Shown: positions 12,321-26,370, numbered from the stretch's first letter. The stretch: DNA of 64,000 nucleotides from Thalia democratica (GCA_965202585.1 OZ241827.1:66464001-66528000), one strand, 5' to 3'. A program made the numbers and translations. The notes: a model not told the origin generated them from the letters alone.

Positions 12321-13140
12321 ACAGTAAAATTTTGCTTACTTTTTGTCTGAATTGTAAAAGTAGGAAGTTTCAATAAATTATTGTTTTTTTTTCAATTGTT
12401 AGTAGTGCAAAAATTTAATTTACAACACTTGATTTTAGTTAATTTTGTTTTATAAGCTCGCTTTTTGTGAACTGAAAAGATTTTATTAATGAGATTAACT
12501 CTAACATCTCAAAGTGCTTACAATATGTAGAACTTCTTTTTGTTTTTGCATAAAAGATTTAAAAATTTTGACTTTGAACTGTTATGGTACATGTATTAGA
12601 TGTTTGAAATTTATAAAGTTATAAAGTATTTAAGAGTGAAAACTACAATGTATTGTTTTAAAATTGTTGAACTTTTTCTTAACATGTATTGTTTTTAAGT
12701 TGTACTGTTTGAGAGTATATCTTTAAATGCCTTTGAAGTATTTTGAGTCATTTAACAGTCATAGCAATTATATATCTATTCTTTTTGTTATTTATTAAGA
12801 TTTGTAAAAAAATGTAAAAGCTATTTTAATTAGCTTTTTATAAATTGTTGTCACAATTTTAATTTCTTAAAATAAGTTTGTTTTTAAGTTATGTAAAGTA
12901 TTATAATAATTTTTATTTCTGTATACTAAATACAATTTATGAAATTCCTTGTTAAAATAATCATTTGAATACTTTATTATACATTAAAAATTTTTTTTTT
13001 TCTTTTAAACTTCTAATCTAAGTCAAGTACTTAGTAAATGAAACTGTTTCTAATCTTAATAAAAAGCAACAAAATACTTAGTTTTTTGTTCACCATTCAA
13101 GTGATTTGTAAAAAATAACTAAAACTTTCCTTGATTTTTT

Positions 13141-14030
13141 AAGTAAATTTGTTTTAAGTATGTTATTTGCTAATTTTTATGTAAAGACATAAATTAGTAT
13201 AATAACTTGCAAAAACTTTTACTTTTTGGAATAAAAACATGTGAAGCTTATTTGTTTACAATTAAAATATTAGAACAATTTCTAACAGTATATTTTTTTA
13301 ATATTTTTTTTCATTTTCACAACAACAATAAAACTTCAAAACATATTTTTATTTTTGAAGTTTGTATCAACAAGTTTATACTGATACTTTATTATATATA
13401 AAAACATAAATGTTGCATTTTGAATTTATACAAAAGTTATTTTTATAACAAAGCTTACACAGCTGTGTTTATGTTAATAAAATATATTCATGGTTTGTGA
13501 CAGATTTTCTAAACAACAATTTTAAAATTATTTTTTTTAAATGGTTAAGCTTTAATGCATAAATCAACTACTATAATATAACTCAACTTACCTTAGTTCT
13601 TAAAAAAAAAGTAAATTTGTCTTAAGTATGTTATTTGCTAATTTCTATGTAAAGACATAAATTAGTATAATAACTGGCAAAACTTTTACTTTTTGAAATA
13701 AAAACATGTGAGGCTTATTTGTTTACAATTAAAACTTTTTAAAAACTTCTTATAACATGTATTTTTTCAAAGAATAATAAAACTTTAAAACAGATGTCTA
13801 TTTCTATGTGTTTGCAGTATTTAAAAAAAATAGTTTTTGATAAGTATACTTAAAATGATTTTGTAACAAACCTCACTGCCATAAAGTTAATATATTTGTA
13901 ATTAAGTGTTTAAAAACCTTAATGTAGCATTCTAAGATTATACAAAACGAATTAATTTTCACTACAAAACTTCACAGCTAAGTGGATGTTAATAAAATAT
14001 TTTCATGTGACAGTTTTCTAAATAAAATCT
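13141..14030. repeat. Direct duplication, ~470-500 bp period
   Basis: A ~125-bp highly similar block AAGTAAATTTGT.TTAAGTATGTTATTTGC... occurs at 13141 and 13609. A second block occurs near 13450 and 13966. Confidence 0.8.
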
Positions 14031-17000
14031 AAAGCCTTACAGTTTAAAAAAAACTTTATTAAGTTTTAATTATTTATGAGCAAATTATGCAAAAACTAAA
14101 CTTTTTGAAGTTCATAGTGAACAAATAAACAAAAAATTAGTGTATTAGATTTCACAAAAAACATATTTTGTAGATATATCCTGTCAGTTAATAAAGCTAT
14201 TTGACTTAAATAATAACAAGTAGAAGTTTTTGAAGAATACTGTACATTGCATTTTTCTTACTTTGAATCAAATTACAAGTTTCATGGTTTGGAACGAATC
14301 ATAATTTATAACCTCAATTCACATCTTGTTTTTTCATAAAGTCAAAATATACACTGCACTATTTTATGTTTACATTGTATATATCTTTTAAACTAATTAA
14401 ACCATAATGAACTATTTTTTTTTACTTCATAAATTATTTAAAAAACATTTTTTCATGAATACTTATTCTCATCATTAACATGTGTGTCTTTATTTATACT
14501 GTTTCAAACTAGAAATTGTAATACTATAATACTGAAAATTAATGCAAACTTTTTTTTTGAAGTATGGTTATATTAGAAGAGGTTTTTGTTGAAATAAAAC
14601 TATATTTAGTTTTAACTGACTATAGGTTTTTTAAATCCTGAAGGGAATCAGTCAAAACAATAAATAAGATGCTTAAAAAACTTAACTGAGAGCAAAATCT
14701 GTAAAAAAAGATTTTAGGCTAAACTTTCACAATTAAGTAATCTACATCATAAATGCTTGAGTAATAAGGTCCAAAATGCAAAGGTTTAATGTAATATCCA
14801 ATCATAAAAAACTGTAAGTTACTGAATAACTCTTACTATCTCAAGTTGTAAGCAAAACAACTTTTTTAAAGAACATTTACAAAAATACTATCTTTCAAAT
14901 TTCTTTAAAACAAAAGTACACACCAAACTTATTTATTTATATTTTTCAGCTGTAAAGTCAGCTTAATAAAAGTTTAATCTAATTAAGTAAACGTTGTAAT
15001 TTCTTTTTAATGCTTACAACCAAGTATTTTCACACAGCCGTACAGTTGGTTATGTTGTCTTGAGAGTGTTTTGACACATACCAAAACAACAAACTTTATA
15101 GAACACCAAGTAGTTAGTGTTTGACTGTTATTAATATCGCAAGCAAATAAACTTCTTTACAACAAAACAGTGTTTTAGACAGTTTAAGTTGTTACATTAC
15201 TTTTTATTAAAATAATGAAAGTTTTTCTGAACACTTTAGAAATTTAACTAAAAAGTTTACAAAAGTCTGTTTTAATTTCTCTGGCAATAAGATTAAAACG
15301 AAGTCTAATAGAAATATTTAATAAGCTTAAATTTACAATGTTATGTATAAAGTGCAATAACAGTGTTATTAATACTCGTTATATTTTCAAACTAAAACTG
15401 TTTTCACTGTAAAAAGCGCGGGAAAGTTGTGAGCGTAGAACTTTCCAAGTAACTTGACTGCATACGTAATAAGCTGCAAATTAATCATTTACTGGCAATG
15501 CATTAGCTTGCTGCAAAAACAAGGAAATAAAATTTACGAAATTATTCTTTTTTTAGTAGCTAATTTTCCACATTAAATGACCATACTTTTCAATAAGTTC
15601 TAAAATGAAATCACATCTTTTTTTTCAAGTACATTGTAAATAATCTAAAACAAACAGTCTTAGCAAGTATTTTAAAGTTTCTTTAAACTAGAATGATGGT
15701 TAAAACTTGTACAAAGCAAGAAGTGTTGAAAAATTTCACAACCTATTGCTACTAAAAAAATGTGGCCATTTTGCCAAAATTAATATTAGTTATAATCTTC
15801 TTTTATTTTTTTTCTTCTTTCAATATTTTTACGCTTTACATCTCATTTATTTAACATACAAAGTAAATTTGGTCGCCTTTTTTTAATGTTTTTTTGACTT
15901 TCAGTAAAATTTAGACTGTTCGACTATACAGGATGATTAATTTAGTACTACCTTTTATTAACAAAAATAAACTTGTTTCATTTGTACTAGATAACTATAT
16001 ACTGTTTATAATACATTGATTAAACAATTTTAAAACTGAGTTTTTTTTTAATTTATCTTTATATCATTATTATCTTCTGCTATTGTTTCTCAAAAGCTGA
16101 AAACACAGTTAAAAACTTTCTATAATTTTTTAGTGTTTTAAAAAGTTAAGTATACGTTTAATAAATGTTTTCAAACATTCAATGACAATTTTTCATAGCA
16201 CTTAAATTATAAAAATTTACTAAGAAAATTACAAAAAAAACTTAAACTTATACTATTTTTAAATCAACCTAGAAAATACTTACTTTTTTACTTAAACATA
16301 CAACTTTTACACTTTAATTTTAGATTCAATAAAACATTTTTGGAAAGGTAGACGAAAAACGCGCTACAGTAAACTCATAAACAGACAATATAAACTAATG
16401 ATTACAATCACTATATCTAGCCTACGGCAACTTAGAATGCTGTTTAATTAATTATACGTTGTAACACATTTATCAAAACAGTTTTAAGATATACTTAAGT
16501 AAAAAAAAAATAACTAAAAGGACTAATGTTAGCCAAACAAAGCAAATAACTGATAAACTTAAAAAAAGTTTTAAACAATCATTAGTTTAGAAATTAAGTT
16601 TAAGCAGTCGAGAAGTTTAAAAAAACAACTACTATGTTTTGATGACAATAAAAAAGCTGTCTACATTCTTTATTGTTTATTGAGTATCTGTTGTGAATCT
16701 ATTCTGTTTAAGTGATTTAAAAATGCTGTAGTTTAATCACCGATCTGTTTAAGTAAGCGTTTGAATTTGAAAAAAAGATGCTGTAAATTGTTATAACAAT
16801 GTAGCTGCTTTAGTAATTCTCAAACTTTTGAAACTATATTTAAAAAACAAAAGAAAACTTTAGTTTTCAAAAAATTAATGTATTTAACCAAATACTCTTT
16901 TTTATGTGCAGTTACTATAAATTTTACTCTATTTACTAAGTTTAAATTAAATAGGGAAAAAAATAACTCTAGAAATACTTTCACAACATTTTATGCACAA

Positions 17001-20000
17001 ATAGTGTAGTTTCTCTTACAAAAACTCAAGTTTAATACGTGTTTGCATTGGTTTTAAAATCTTTTGACATAAAAAAAAAACCTTTTGTGCACAATAAAAA
17101 CTTGCAATTAATAAACTTTCTACTGTTGTTTATTCTGTCAAAAACATTCAGATTTTAAAAACTATTAAAAATTTTTATACTTCCTTTTACTACTTTTTAA
17201 CCAAAAACAAGTGTATTAATATACTGATTACTTTTAACCTTATTAATATTGACTTAGTAACAAATAAAAAACACTTCGATATTGTGCGATTATGTTATTT
17301 TGATTTTAAATCCTAAAAATTTATTTTAAATCTGACTTTCGGTAATTACTTAATAAAACAAACAGCTTATTTTGAGTATACAAAACCCAAAATATGATAG
17401 TATATTTATTGAAAGAAAGTTTTTAAGAATCATATTAGCAGCTTAAAGTTAAAATAAAGTTCTTTTAGTTAACGAAAGAATGTACTTTAATAAACATGTG
17501 TATTCTATCTAACTGATTTTAACCAAAGACTTTTTATTCAGTTTAAAATAATTAATTTTAATTACTATAAGTGTATCAAAGCAGAGTTAAAATTTAACAC
17601 AGATCATGTTTTTATTTCTGGTTTAATTAAATCGTCCTTTTTCAATAATAACTCTCTAGCTACTATATACTTATTTGGATTTTTATCTATAACAAATCAA
17701 AATAATTTAAGCTATAATGTGCAAGTAGCTTATAGTACTCAATACAAGTTTTACTAACATACTGTGTTAGATTTAGTCTTTCTTTTTAAGTTTTGAAAAG
17801 CTTAGTTTGTTTACCTTCTTATAACAATTGAAATGTTAGTTTTGTTGCACACGTGTATATAAAGCTTTTCATTTTTTAATTATCTTTCAAATGAAGTTAA
17901 AAACTTATATCTGATATAGTCAGTTTAGAACCCACTTCTGGCAATAACAAAAAATCATCTAAATATCATTAAACAACCGAATTTTAAATTATGCAAAAAG
18001 CATTTATATGAAATCTTGTTCTCAGTTAAATTACTGTATAAAAAATATAAAAAGAATATAAAAAGATTACTAAATTCAAACATAATCTTACCAAACCATC
18101 ATTTGGAACATAATCTGTTTATTATAAAGTTGATAAATAACTTTCATAAATTAAGCTGTAAGCAATTGTTCCTTAAGTTATATGAAGAATATCAATGTAA
18201 GCTATGTAAGTTATACAACTCAACTAGAGTAATAAATACTTATTAAATATAATAAAATTCTTCGGGGAACTTGAAAACTATGCAAACAACTTGCAAGCTA
18301 ATTTTCATATTTAATGAGTTCGCAAAAAAAAATTCATGTTGTTTTCAATTACTTTTTAATCATACTGACTGAGCAAATATAAATTTATTCATTTTCAAGT
18401 TTATTCATTTTCAAGACTTGAATTAACAATAAATTTTATATTTATTTTTATTTTACAAATCAAAAACAAACTGTTTGACTGAAGGTTTATCTTAGCTTCC
18501 TGAATTGTTAAATGCTTTTAACTAAAAAGTAAATTATAAGGTTAAGGTTTTATAAATACCAATAAAACTTTTGTTGTCGAAACAAACTTTACTTCAAAAA
18601 CAAATATAATATTTTACTAGGTTAAAATTGTTAGGAAAAATCTTGAAAAGAAATTTAATAAAGATAATAATAAAAACTTATTTTATTGTTTTTTCTGAAA
18701 CTTTATAGACAACATCACTGTCTTTCTTGTGTAGTTATTAACAAAGATAATTTCTATGTAAAAAAGATTCTTTTTTACTAAGAAAATGTTTATTTTAGCT
18801 TCCCTGAATTTTAAATAAAAACTATATTGAATTTGTTAAACAAAAAAGTAAAAATAAATATTAAAAATAAATATTAAAAACCAATGCAATTTTAAAAAAT
18901 AAAGATTTTGCTAAATTTAACTTTAAACAATTCTAAAATTGTCTCTTTTAAAAGAAGATATTTTCAGCTAATAAAATCAATTATGGGTAACATTTTTTAA
19001 ATTTACATTTTTAGTTGAACTTATAATTTTTATAAAACTTTCATAACATATCTAATGCCCTTCATTTATAAAAACTCTACAAAAAATTAAATGTGCATAT
19101 AGCTTTCAAACTTTTATGCTGATAACTAATGCACATTAAATTAACTTAACTTATTAGTTTTAAGCTTTCAAAAAATATTAAAAACCAATTATAAATTATT
19201 TAACGTAAATTCTTTCGTCAAGATATTTTATTAAAGCTGCATTATAAGTTTAAATAAAACCTTAATTATTAACCAAGTTTTCTTCGTTTGTACATTTTAA
19301 CTAAATATTAACTCTGACTTATTTACATAGTTAGGTTAAAACATATCTGGCAATAATAAATTTGTAACATAAGTAGTGATGATAATTAAGTAACTGAATG
19401 AATAAAAACACAACAAATAAAAATTTATAGTTCTCATTCTGTATTTACACGAGTAAAAAAAAATATCATTATAACCTAAAATAAAACATCTATTCGTACA
19501 AACGGCTGATTTAAAAAAATTAACAAAACATAATTGAAGTCAGAAAAGTTCATCGTGTGGAAATTCGATCGATCATCGTTGTGGACCTGTAAACTATATG
19601 TTAGCGTGTATAAGATAATACAAAAAATTATATATTAAATTGCAAAGATCTTATCAGCATGTAAAAAGTTTGGTTTTGAGCAATCAACTTGAAATTTAAG
19701 AACTGAGAATTATTAGCATTCAAAACAAATTTAGGAGCTTAACAGTTTCTTAAGACTTTAAAAAAAAGAGTAAGCTTTCTTTAACTTCCAAAAGAATAGC
19801 ATTTAAACTTCGTTCAAAAAAAAAATTGATACTCAAAAATATACAATTAAGTTGAAAAATTAATCAAATTAAAAATACTTTTGAACACAAAATTTTGAAA
19901 ATAACTTTTCAGATTGAAACCATAGAAGCTTAAGCATAACTTTCGAAACTCAAATGTTTACCAATTAAGTGTAATGTATGCGAAAATGTTAATTCAAAGC

Positions 20001-20284
20001 AAAAATTCATTCGTAACTGTGAGCCAACGTCCAAACAACCATACAATAAATGTTTTTATCTCAAAAAAACTTATATTTGGAAATTGATATCAAAATAAAA
20101 AATAAACATAATCATCCAACATACTTTGAAAATAAGCTTTTTATTCGAAAAATATAAAAATAAAACATAATCAGAAGCCGTTTTTACCATTCATAAAAAA
20201 AAAATACTCAACAAGCGTCTACTTTATAAATGTACAAAAAGCGATGAGAACTAATTACCTACTTCCGAAAATGTCACTCTCCAC

Positions 20285-22762
20285 TCAGTCCAGCTGCAGC
20301 TTGATGGGCCTGTTCAGGAACAGCCGGTTGTTGAGGGTTTCCACGGCGGCCCTGGCGTCGCTCGGGTGGTTGAACCTGAGGAAGCCCTCGCCGGTGACGT
20401 GACCCGCCTTGTCGAACACCAGCCGGATGGACTCGCTAACCGGGCGGAACTTGCTGAAGAACTCAATGATGTCCTCCTGCGTGACCGACGCGGACAGCCC
20501 AAGCATCTTCACCTGCTTGGAGCTGCTTGGCGGCGGAGCAAAGAAGGTTCCCGGTCCGCTGGAGGGCGCCTTGTGCGCCAGAGAGTAGGGAGAAGGTGCG
20601 GCGGCCGACGGTGGTGGCGCCAGAGTGCCTTCCACGCGAGGGCGTTTCTCATAAGGCGAGTATGGAGAAGGGGCATGCTGGGGTGCAGCATAGTAAGAGT
20701 GTGGTGGTGCGTGCGGGGGTGGGGCGTATGGAGAAGCTCCGTATGCAGGCCTGGGTGGCGGAACCCCAACTGTCCTCTGCAAGTCTTCGAACTTGATTGG
20801 GAAGAACTGCAGCTGCTGGCCAAAGAACCTGATCTTCTCGTGCAAATCGACAGCACGGTGGCAGTCCATCCTGTTGTCCAGCTCAACAAAAGACTCTCCC
20901 CTGCACCTGCCGTGGGGATCCCTCATGATGTGGATGCGCCTGCTGTCAATGTGGTTGTCCCTCTTCAGTATGTTGTAGATGTCGGTCTCAGTGCAGTCGG
21001 AAGGCAGGTTCCTGATGTTGATGCAGTTCATGTTCAGCTTGTCAATGTCCTCGTGGAACATCATGGTGATTGGTTTCTGCGGCAGAGGAGCTTCCTCGTC
21101 AAAAACTTGGTCTGGAAAAGGTTCACCTGGCAGGACACGCTCCCAGATTGTCTTCAGGTACTGCACGTAGCTGGACTTGACCAGCACTGACCTGCCAAAG
21201 AAGTCTTTTTCATGCATTTTCTCAGCCTTCAAAGCATCTTCAGCGCATGTCAGACGAATGAAAACATGTCCAGTCTTTTTGGGTCCCTTTGCTAAATAAA
21301 CAATACCACCAAATGGGATCTTAATGTCTTTGAAAAAATTTTGTATGTCTTCATTAGAGGCATGGTAGGCAACGTTGGCCATCCTGACACAGAACTTTCT
21401 CTTATTGATTCTTTCCTCCTCACTTGCTTTCTCCTTACCATTAGTCTCCTCCTTCTTTTCCTCTGCCTTTGGAGACTTGCTGGACTCGTGGTCATTGTTG
21501 TCTTCAGTCTCAGCCTTCTCACCATTGGGAGATTTCTCACCTTCAGATCCTGAACTTTCCTTCTTTTTCTCCTCAACTTTTTTTATTGTGCCATTCAACT
21601 CATTCTCTCTTGGCTTGTGCACATACGAGGTAACCTTGCTTTTTACAGGCCTTGGCTTATGCTGGAAAGCGCCTGGGGCCTTGTGGGGTGGTACAACAGC
21701 TCTGATTCTTTCCAAGTTCTTTATGAAGTCAACCTCATTTGTGAAGTCCTTGTTCCTGTAGAAGGTGTCAATCATGAGGCGCATGGGAACAGGCCTGATG
21801 TCAAGAGGTGCGCTGATGAAAACTTGCCTGTCTTTTGCAAGCACTTTCTCAAACTCATACTTGTCAGTCTCGAAATCAATGAAGGCCCTGCCCTTGCATA
21901 CTTCACCGCGCATCTCAAGAAACAACCTCTGCTCTTTGAAGTGCTTGGAAAGACCAAGGAATCCGCCCAGGCTGTTGTAGTCAGCCGTTGGAGAAACTCC
22001 ATAGACTTCCAAGCAGTACGCAGCTGGAATGGGGGCAGCCACTTCAGGCACAACAGGAGGCAAAACCACTGGTGGAATTTCAACTGGTGCCCTGACAGCA
22101 GCAACTTTTTTGTCCTCCAACGACTTGCAGTATGTCTCCGGTGGCGTGCTTATCTTCACGCTGCAGTTGTTGATCATGGCAGGGTCCATCTTCAAGGCAG
22201 AGTTCTTCTCATGCATGGTGGCAAACTTAATGATGGCTGACTCAAACCTGTCGTTGGGGCCGTTGAAGATCTTGATGAAGTGGATTGTTCTGGGGTGAAA
22301 GAAGGCTGTGAGGTGGTGCTCAGCCACCAAGCCTGAAGGGAAAAGGCACTCAATGTACTTCAAATGCTCCTGCTCAACACCTCCGTACATGACAGAGGGG
22401 GGTGTTGAAACAACTGGCGGGTACGGTTCAGCCTCGTACCTGCTGCTGTGGTGGTGTGAAGGAGTGGTGATCACCACGGGCTCAACAGACGAAGCTGGCT
22501 GGTTGCCCTCGATGATCTTGTCCATTTCTGCCTGGCTGGAGAGGGTGAGTCTCACCGGGCTACTGCACAAGAGCTGCCCATCCAGCTGCATGGCCCTCCT
22601 GGCGTCCTCGTCAGAGTTGAAGAGGATGAAGGCCGTTCCGTCCTCGCCACCGATGATCTGCACCCCTCCCTCGGGTATTTCCAGGTCCTTAAAGAACTCG
22701 CGGATGTGGGGAGGGTGGGCGGCCATGGAGAGGTTGCGCAGTCTGATCACAAACATGGTCAT
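20285..22762 (-). CDS. RBM12: RNA-binding protein 12-like (multi-RRM), 825 aa, intronless CDS
   Basis: N-terminus FVIRLRNL...FFKDLEIPEGGVQIIGGEDGTAFILFNSDEDAR matches the RBM12/RBM12B N-terminal RRM (VIRLQGL...FFSGLTIPDGGVHIVGGELGEAFIVFATDEDAR). About six RRM-like repeats, a Pro/Tyr-rich linker and a C-terminal RRM are present. GC content is high. RBM12 versus RBM12B orthology cannot be resolved. Confidence 0.92.
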   Translation of the reverse strand: MTMFVIRLRNLSMAAHPPHIREFFKDLEIPEGGVQIIGGEDGTAFILFNSDEDARRAMQLDGQLLCSSPVRLTLSSQAEMDKIIEGNQPASSVEPVVITTPSHHHSSRYEAEPYPPVVSTPPSVMYGGVEQEHLKYIECLFPSGLVAEHHLTAFFHPRTIHFIKIFNGPNDRFESAIIKFATMHEKNSALKMDPAMINNCSVKISTPPETYCKSLEDKKVAAVRAPVEIPPVVLPPVVPEVAAPIPAAYCLEVYGVSPTADYNSLGGFLGLSKHFKEQRLFLEMRGEVCKGRAFIDFETDKYEFEKVLAKDRQVFISAPLDIRPVPMRLMIDTFYRNKDFTNEVDFIKNLERIRAVVPPHKAPGAFQHKPRPVKSKVTSYVHKPRENELNGTIKKVEEKKKESSGSEGEKSPNGEKAETEDNNDHESSKSPKAEEKKEETNGKEKASEEERINKRKFCVRMANVAYHASNEDIQNFFKDIKIPFGGIVYLAKGPKKTGHVFIRLTCAEDALKAEKMHEKDFFGRSVLVKSSYVQYLKTIWERVLPGEPFPDQVFDEEAPLPQKPITMMFHEDIDKLNMNCINIRNLPSDCTETDIYNILKRDNHIDSRRIHIMRDPHGRCRGESFVELDNRMDCHRAVDLHEKIRFFGQQLQFFPIKFEDLQRTVGVPPPRPAYGASPYAPPPHAPPHSYYAAPQHAPSPYSPYEKRPRVEGTLAPPPSAAAPSPYSLAHKAPSSGPGTFFAPPPSSSKQVKMLGLSASVTQEDIIEFFSKFRPVSESIRLVFDKAGHVTGEGFLRFNHPSDARAAVETLNNRLFLNRPIKLQLD

Positions 22763-23291
22763 TTTTGCAGTTGATGTGTGTTTAGCTTATAAAAATGCTT
22801 TTGCTGTTGAAAACCAAATTGTGTTAACATCAAGGTGTCAATATACATTTAAGCAAAATAACTGGTTCTTGTAAAAACTTGGTAAAAAATAGTTGCAACA
22901 AAAAACCAATAAATTCTAGTTTTTTAAAAATTATAATAAAAAAGAATGAATAATCAAAAACATACCTATACAACAACTTTAAAAACACTAATTAAAATTA
23001 TTTAAAAAAATATATAATTCTGGGGTACTTTTAAAATTCATAAAAAATAAATAAAACTTTTTGGGGCAATAAAGACATACTTTCTTAAATAATAAACATT
23101 ATTCAAAACTAAGGATATTAACAAACTAAGTATTTTTTGCTTAAATACTTAAAAAAATAAGTATTAAACATTTATATTAATAATTAATAAAAAACAATAA
23201 TTCAATTTCCAATCAAAGTAATAAAAATATTAAAATACTTAATCAAGTTTGTCTTTACTGTAACAAATCTAATATTAAACTGAACAAATAA

Positions 23292-23881
23292 TAGGGTTGC
23301 CACTCTTTGAGTCAAAAAACTATCCTGATTTAACAACTGTCCAGGAGTAATTCAGAGTTTCTTTCAAATTGTAAAAAAAAAGTTAACTTTTGAAATCAAT
23401 AAAACTTCAGTTCTTAAACAAATTTGGTTATAAATAAATTAAGCTAGCTTCAAATTTCCAATACTATTTTGAATTGCTTGAAAATCATGCAAATAATTTG
23501 CATATTTGCTGAGTCAGCAATTTTAATTTAATTTTTTTATATATATTTATACCCTTATCCCTAACCCACTATACCTAAACATAAAAAAAATCATAAGTAA
23601 AATTTTGTTATTAAAATTAAAAAGGAAAAAAATGCCAATTCAGCAAATATGCAAACTATTTGTACAATTTTCAAGCAATTCAAAAAAGTAGTTGTAACCT
23701 GAAGCCACCCATAAAAACAAATTGAATCTAATAAACTAAATCTCATTTAAAACCCAGAAAAAGGATGACAATTTAGCAAATTTTAAACCTATCCGGGGTT
23801 TTTATAAAAAATGGTCAGAGTCACCCTGAGATTTTTTAAAATTATAAACGTCCTAAACTATTTGAGTGTGTGGGAACCATG
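23292..23881. mobile_element. MITE family 1, long subfamily
   Basis: TAGGGTTGCCAC ... GTGGGAACCATG with an exact 6-bp TSD AAATAA. Its 5' end is similar to the copy at 48816. Confidence 0.75.
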
Positions 23882-24916
23882 AAATAAGTAAACAAAAAAT
23901 ATAATTTTCAATTTTTAATCAAGTTTAAATAAAAAATTAAGGGTTGTAACAAATTGATTAAAACTTTTAAAACATCTAATTATACTTAACAACTAAATTT
24001 ATTCAAAAATAAAAAAACATTTGAAAAAATTAAGTTCTTGATAAAGACTATAACCACGTCATACTTTCTTACTATTTTGTTGCATACAAAAAATAGTAAT
24101 TTATTTGTCTATTTTGTAGACATAAAACTAAATCTTAAAAATAAAAATAAAACATTTTAATTCAAGGTTTGCTATTAGCAAAAATTTAATAAAAAATACA
24201 AGAAATTAAATACTTGCTCAAGATATGCTTGTAACAAACATTATCTGTTACATACAAATAACGCTGTTGAATGTATGCAGTTTTTAAAATGACTGAAATG
24301 TAGTAAAAACATTATTTAAACACATTAATTATAAAATAGATGAAATAATCTGCAAACTATCATTATACAGTAAAATATCTGTAAAAAAACAACTTAGATA
24401 ATTAAAAGTTGTACACTAAATTTTCATAATACAGTACAGAACTTAATTTCAACTTTATCAAAACATATATATTTTAGAAAATAAATATTTTCATTATCAT
24501 AAAAAATGTTTTTAGTAATTTTTATTGGGTAATAAACCTATTTGTAAACTATTTTTGTCTTTTATGCTAATAATTGTTAGCTGGTTGTTTTAGTAGTACT
24601 TTAAAGCAATCTTTTTATAATTGAAAACATTTAGTCAATCACATTACAAAATTATTTTAAGTTGACAGAGGGTTTATACTAATACTATAATAGAGGCTTT
24701 AATTGTTTAGTTCACAGTATATTTAGTAAAATACAGTGAACAATAAAATTTAACATCTATAATTATTAAATTATGAAAAATTGTAATTGGACAATTTTTT
24801 TCTTTCAGCATGACAACTTAACATAAATATTTTTTTAAATATTATAAAACTATAATTACTCATAGTAAAAATGAACAAAGTGCTTGTTCAAATCATTTAT
24901 AATGTAATCTAGTTAA

Positions 24917-25620
24917 GGCCATAGGGGGGTCCAACATTTTTTTTTTACAAAAAATAACTTTAGCTTTTATATGAAAGCTTTAAATACAAACTACAAGCCT
25001 GTTTTTATAGAATTCAAAAATATCATTTAACTTTTGAGATATTTTATTAATTGTAAAAAGTTTCCGATACAAACGTATGGACCGCAAATTTTTTGGGGTC
25101 AATTTTCTCGGAAATTTTAAAACGCACTAAAAACCTATCTCCTCCTTCATTTTTTGACCTAGAGACTTCAAATTTTCAGGAAATGTTCCTTTTAATATTT
25201 TGAAGAATCTGAATGTTGGAATTTTTGAAATTTTGAAAAATAAAAATTTTATCCACTAAAAACTAAAAAAAAGAGTAGTTTTTTGACAAAAATTTTATTT
25301 TTACTCAAAATTAAAAAAAATTCTACAATAGATCTCTTTAAAGTTTAATGTTACACATTCTGTAAAAATTTGAGAAAGATTACTCAAAAAATGAAGGAGG
25401 AGATAGATTTTTAGTGAAATAGTCTTTTTTTGCATTTTTAGTTTTCGCCTTCCATAAGGAACCTATTGAACGCCCTTTCTTTGTTCTTTGATCGCTTATA
25501 TCTCAAAAGTTACTTTGAGTTTTTTTAAGCGGTTAAAAGTGTCTGTTAGCTCAGATTAAATTCTACAAAATAAGATCAAGTTGTAAAAAACAAAGTGGAC
25601 CCCCCCCCCCCCCTATGGCC
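24917..25620. mobile_element. Kolobok-like MITE, young copy
   Basis: TTAA|GGCCATAGGGGGG ... CCCCCTATGGCC|TTAA; nearly identical to 27704-28394. Confidence 0.9.
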
Positions 25621-25753
25621 TTAAAATAAAACATTGAAACTTTTATTTTAGCTTCAGGGTAGTATGAAAAAAAAACAAAAATAGCCTGAGTTGGGTTTTG
25701 AAAAATATTACATCTTAAAACTGAGTTTAACTTTAAATCATTTTTAATCATAA

Positions 25754-26068
25754 CAGGGTTGCCAAATGTTTTTGACAAATTTTCTCCAGGTTTGCAAAAA
25801 TACATATTTTTGGGTCTAATTTTACTTTAAATTTAAGTTTAAGGTAAGAAACTACTGTTAAATAAAAACATTAAAAAGATACTTGAATTTACTTTAAATG
25901 AGTTTTTTAATAAAAATTTTTTGATAGTGACAAATTTTTTTTATATATGATAGATTTAATGAGTCAAGTCAAATTTTACTACATGAAATGTTAAAATTCC
26001 AGGTTTTTCTACGTTATTTAGCCTAAATTTTCAAATTCCATGTCTTTCCAGGTTTCTTGGCAACCCTG
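25754..26068. mobile_element. MITE family 1
   Basis: CAGGGTTGCCAAA ... TTGGCAACCCTG; no clear TSD. Confidence 0.85.
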
Positions 26069-26099
26069 AGTAAAAGTCTTTAATGTTCTTAATCTATAA

Positions 26100-26370
26100 A
26101 AGGAACATTTTCTGAAAGTTTGAGGTCTCTAGCTCAAAAAATGAAGGAGAAGATTTTAATTGACTTATAAAATTTCAAACATTTTAAACTTTCAAAAAAT
26201 TTGCAGTCCATGTTTGTATGGGAAACTATTTACAAAAAATACACAATCTCAAAAGTTATATAAATTTTTTTAATTCTATAAAAACTTGCTTGTAGTTTGT
26301 ACTTGAGGCTTTGATTGTAGGAGCCTATGTTAATTTTTGCAAAATAATATTGGACCCACCCTATGCCCCT
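26100..26370. mobile_element. Truncated Kolobok-like MITE
   Basis: AAGGAACATTTTCTGAAAGTTTGAGGTCTCTAGCTCAAAAAATGAAGGAG...GGACCCACCCTATGCCCC matches one half of family 2. Confidence 0.7.

Noticed and set aside
20314-22874. Many overlapping ORFs (e.g. 20366-21190 +, 21617-22240 +, 22308-22874 +)
   Set aside because: They are antisense or alternate-frame shadows of the GC-rich RBM12 CDS and show no independent motifs.
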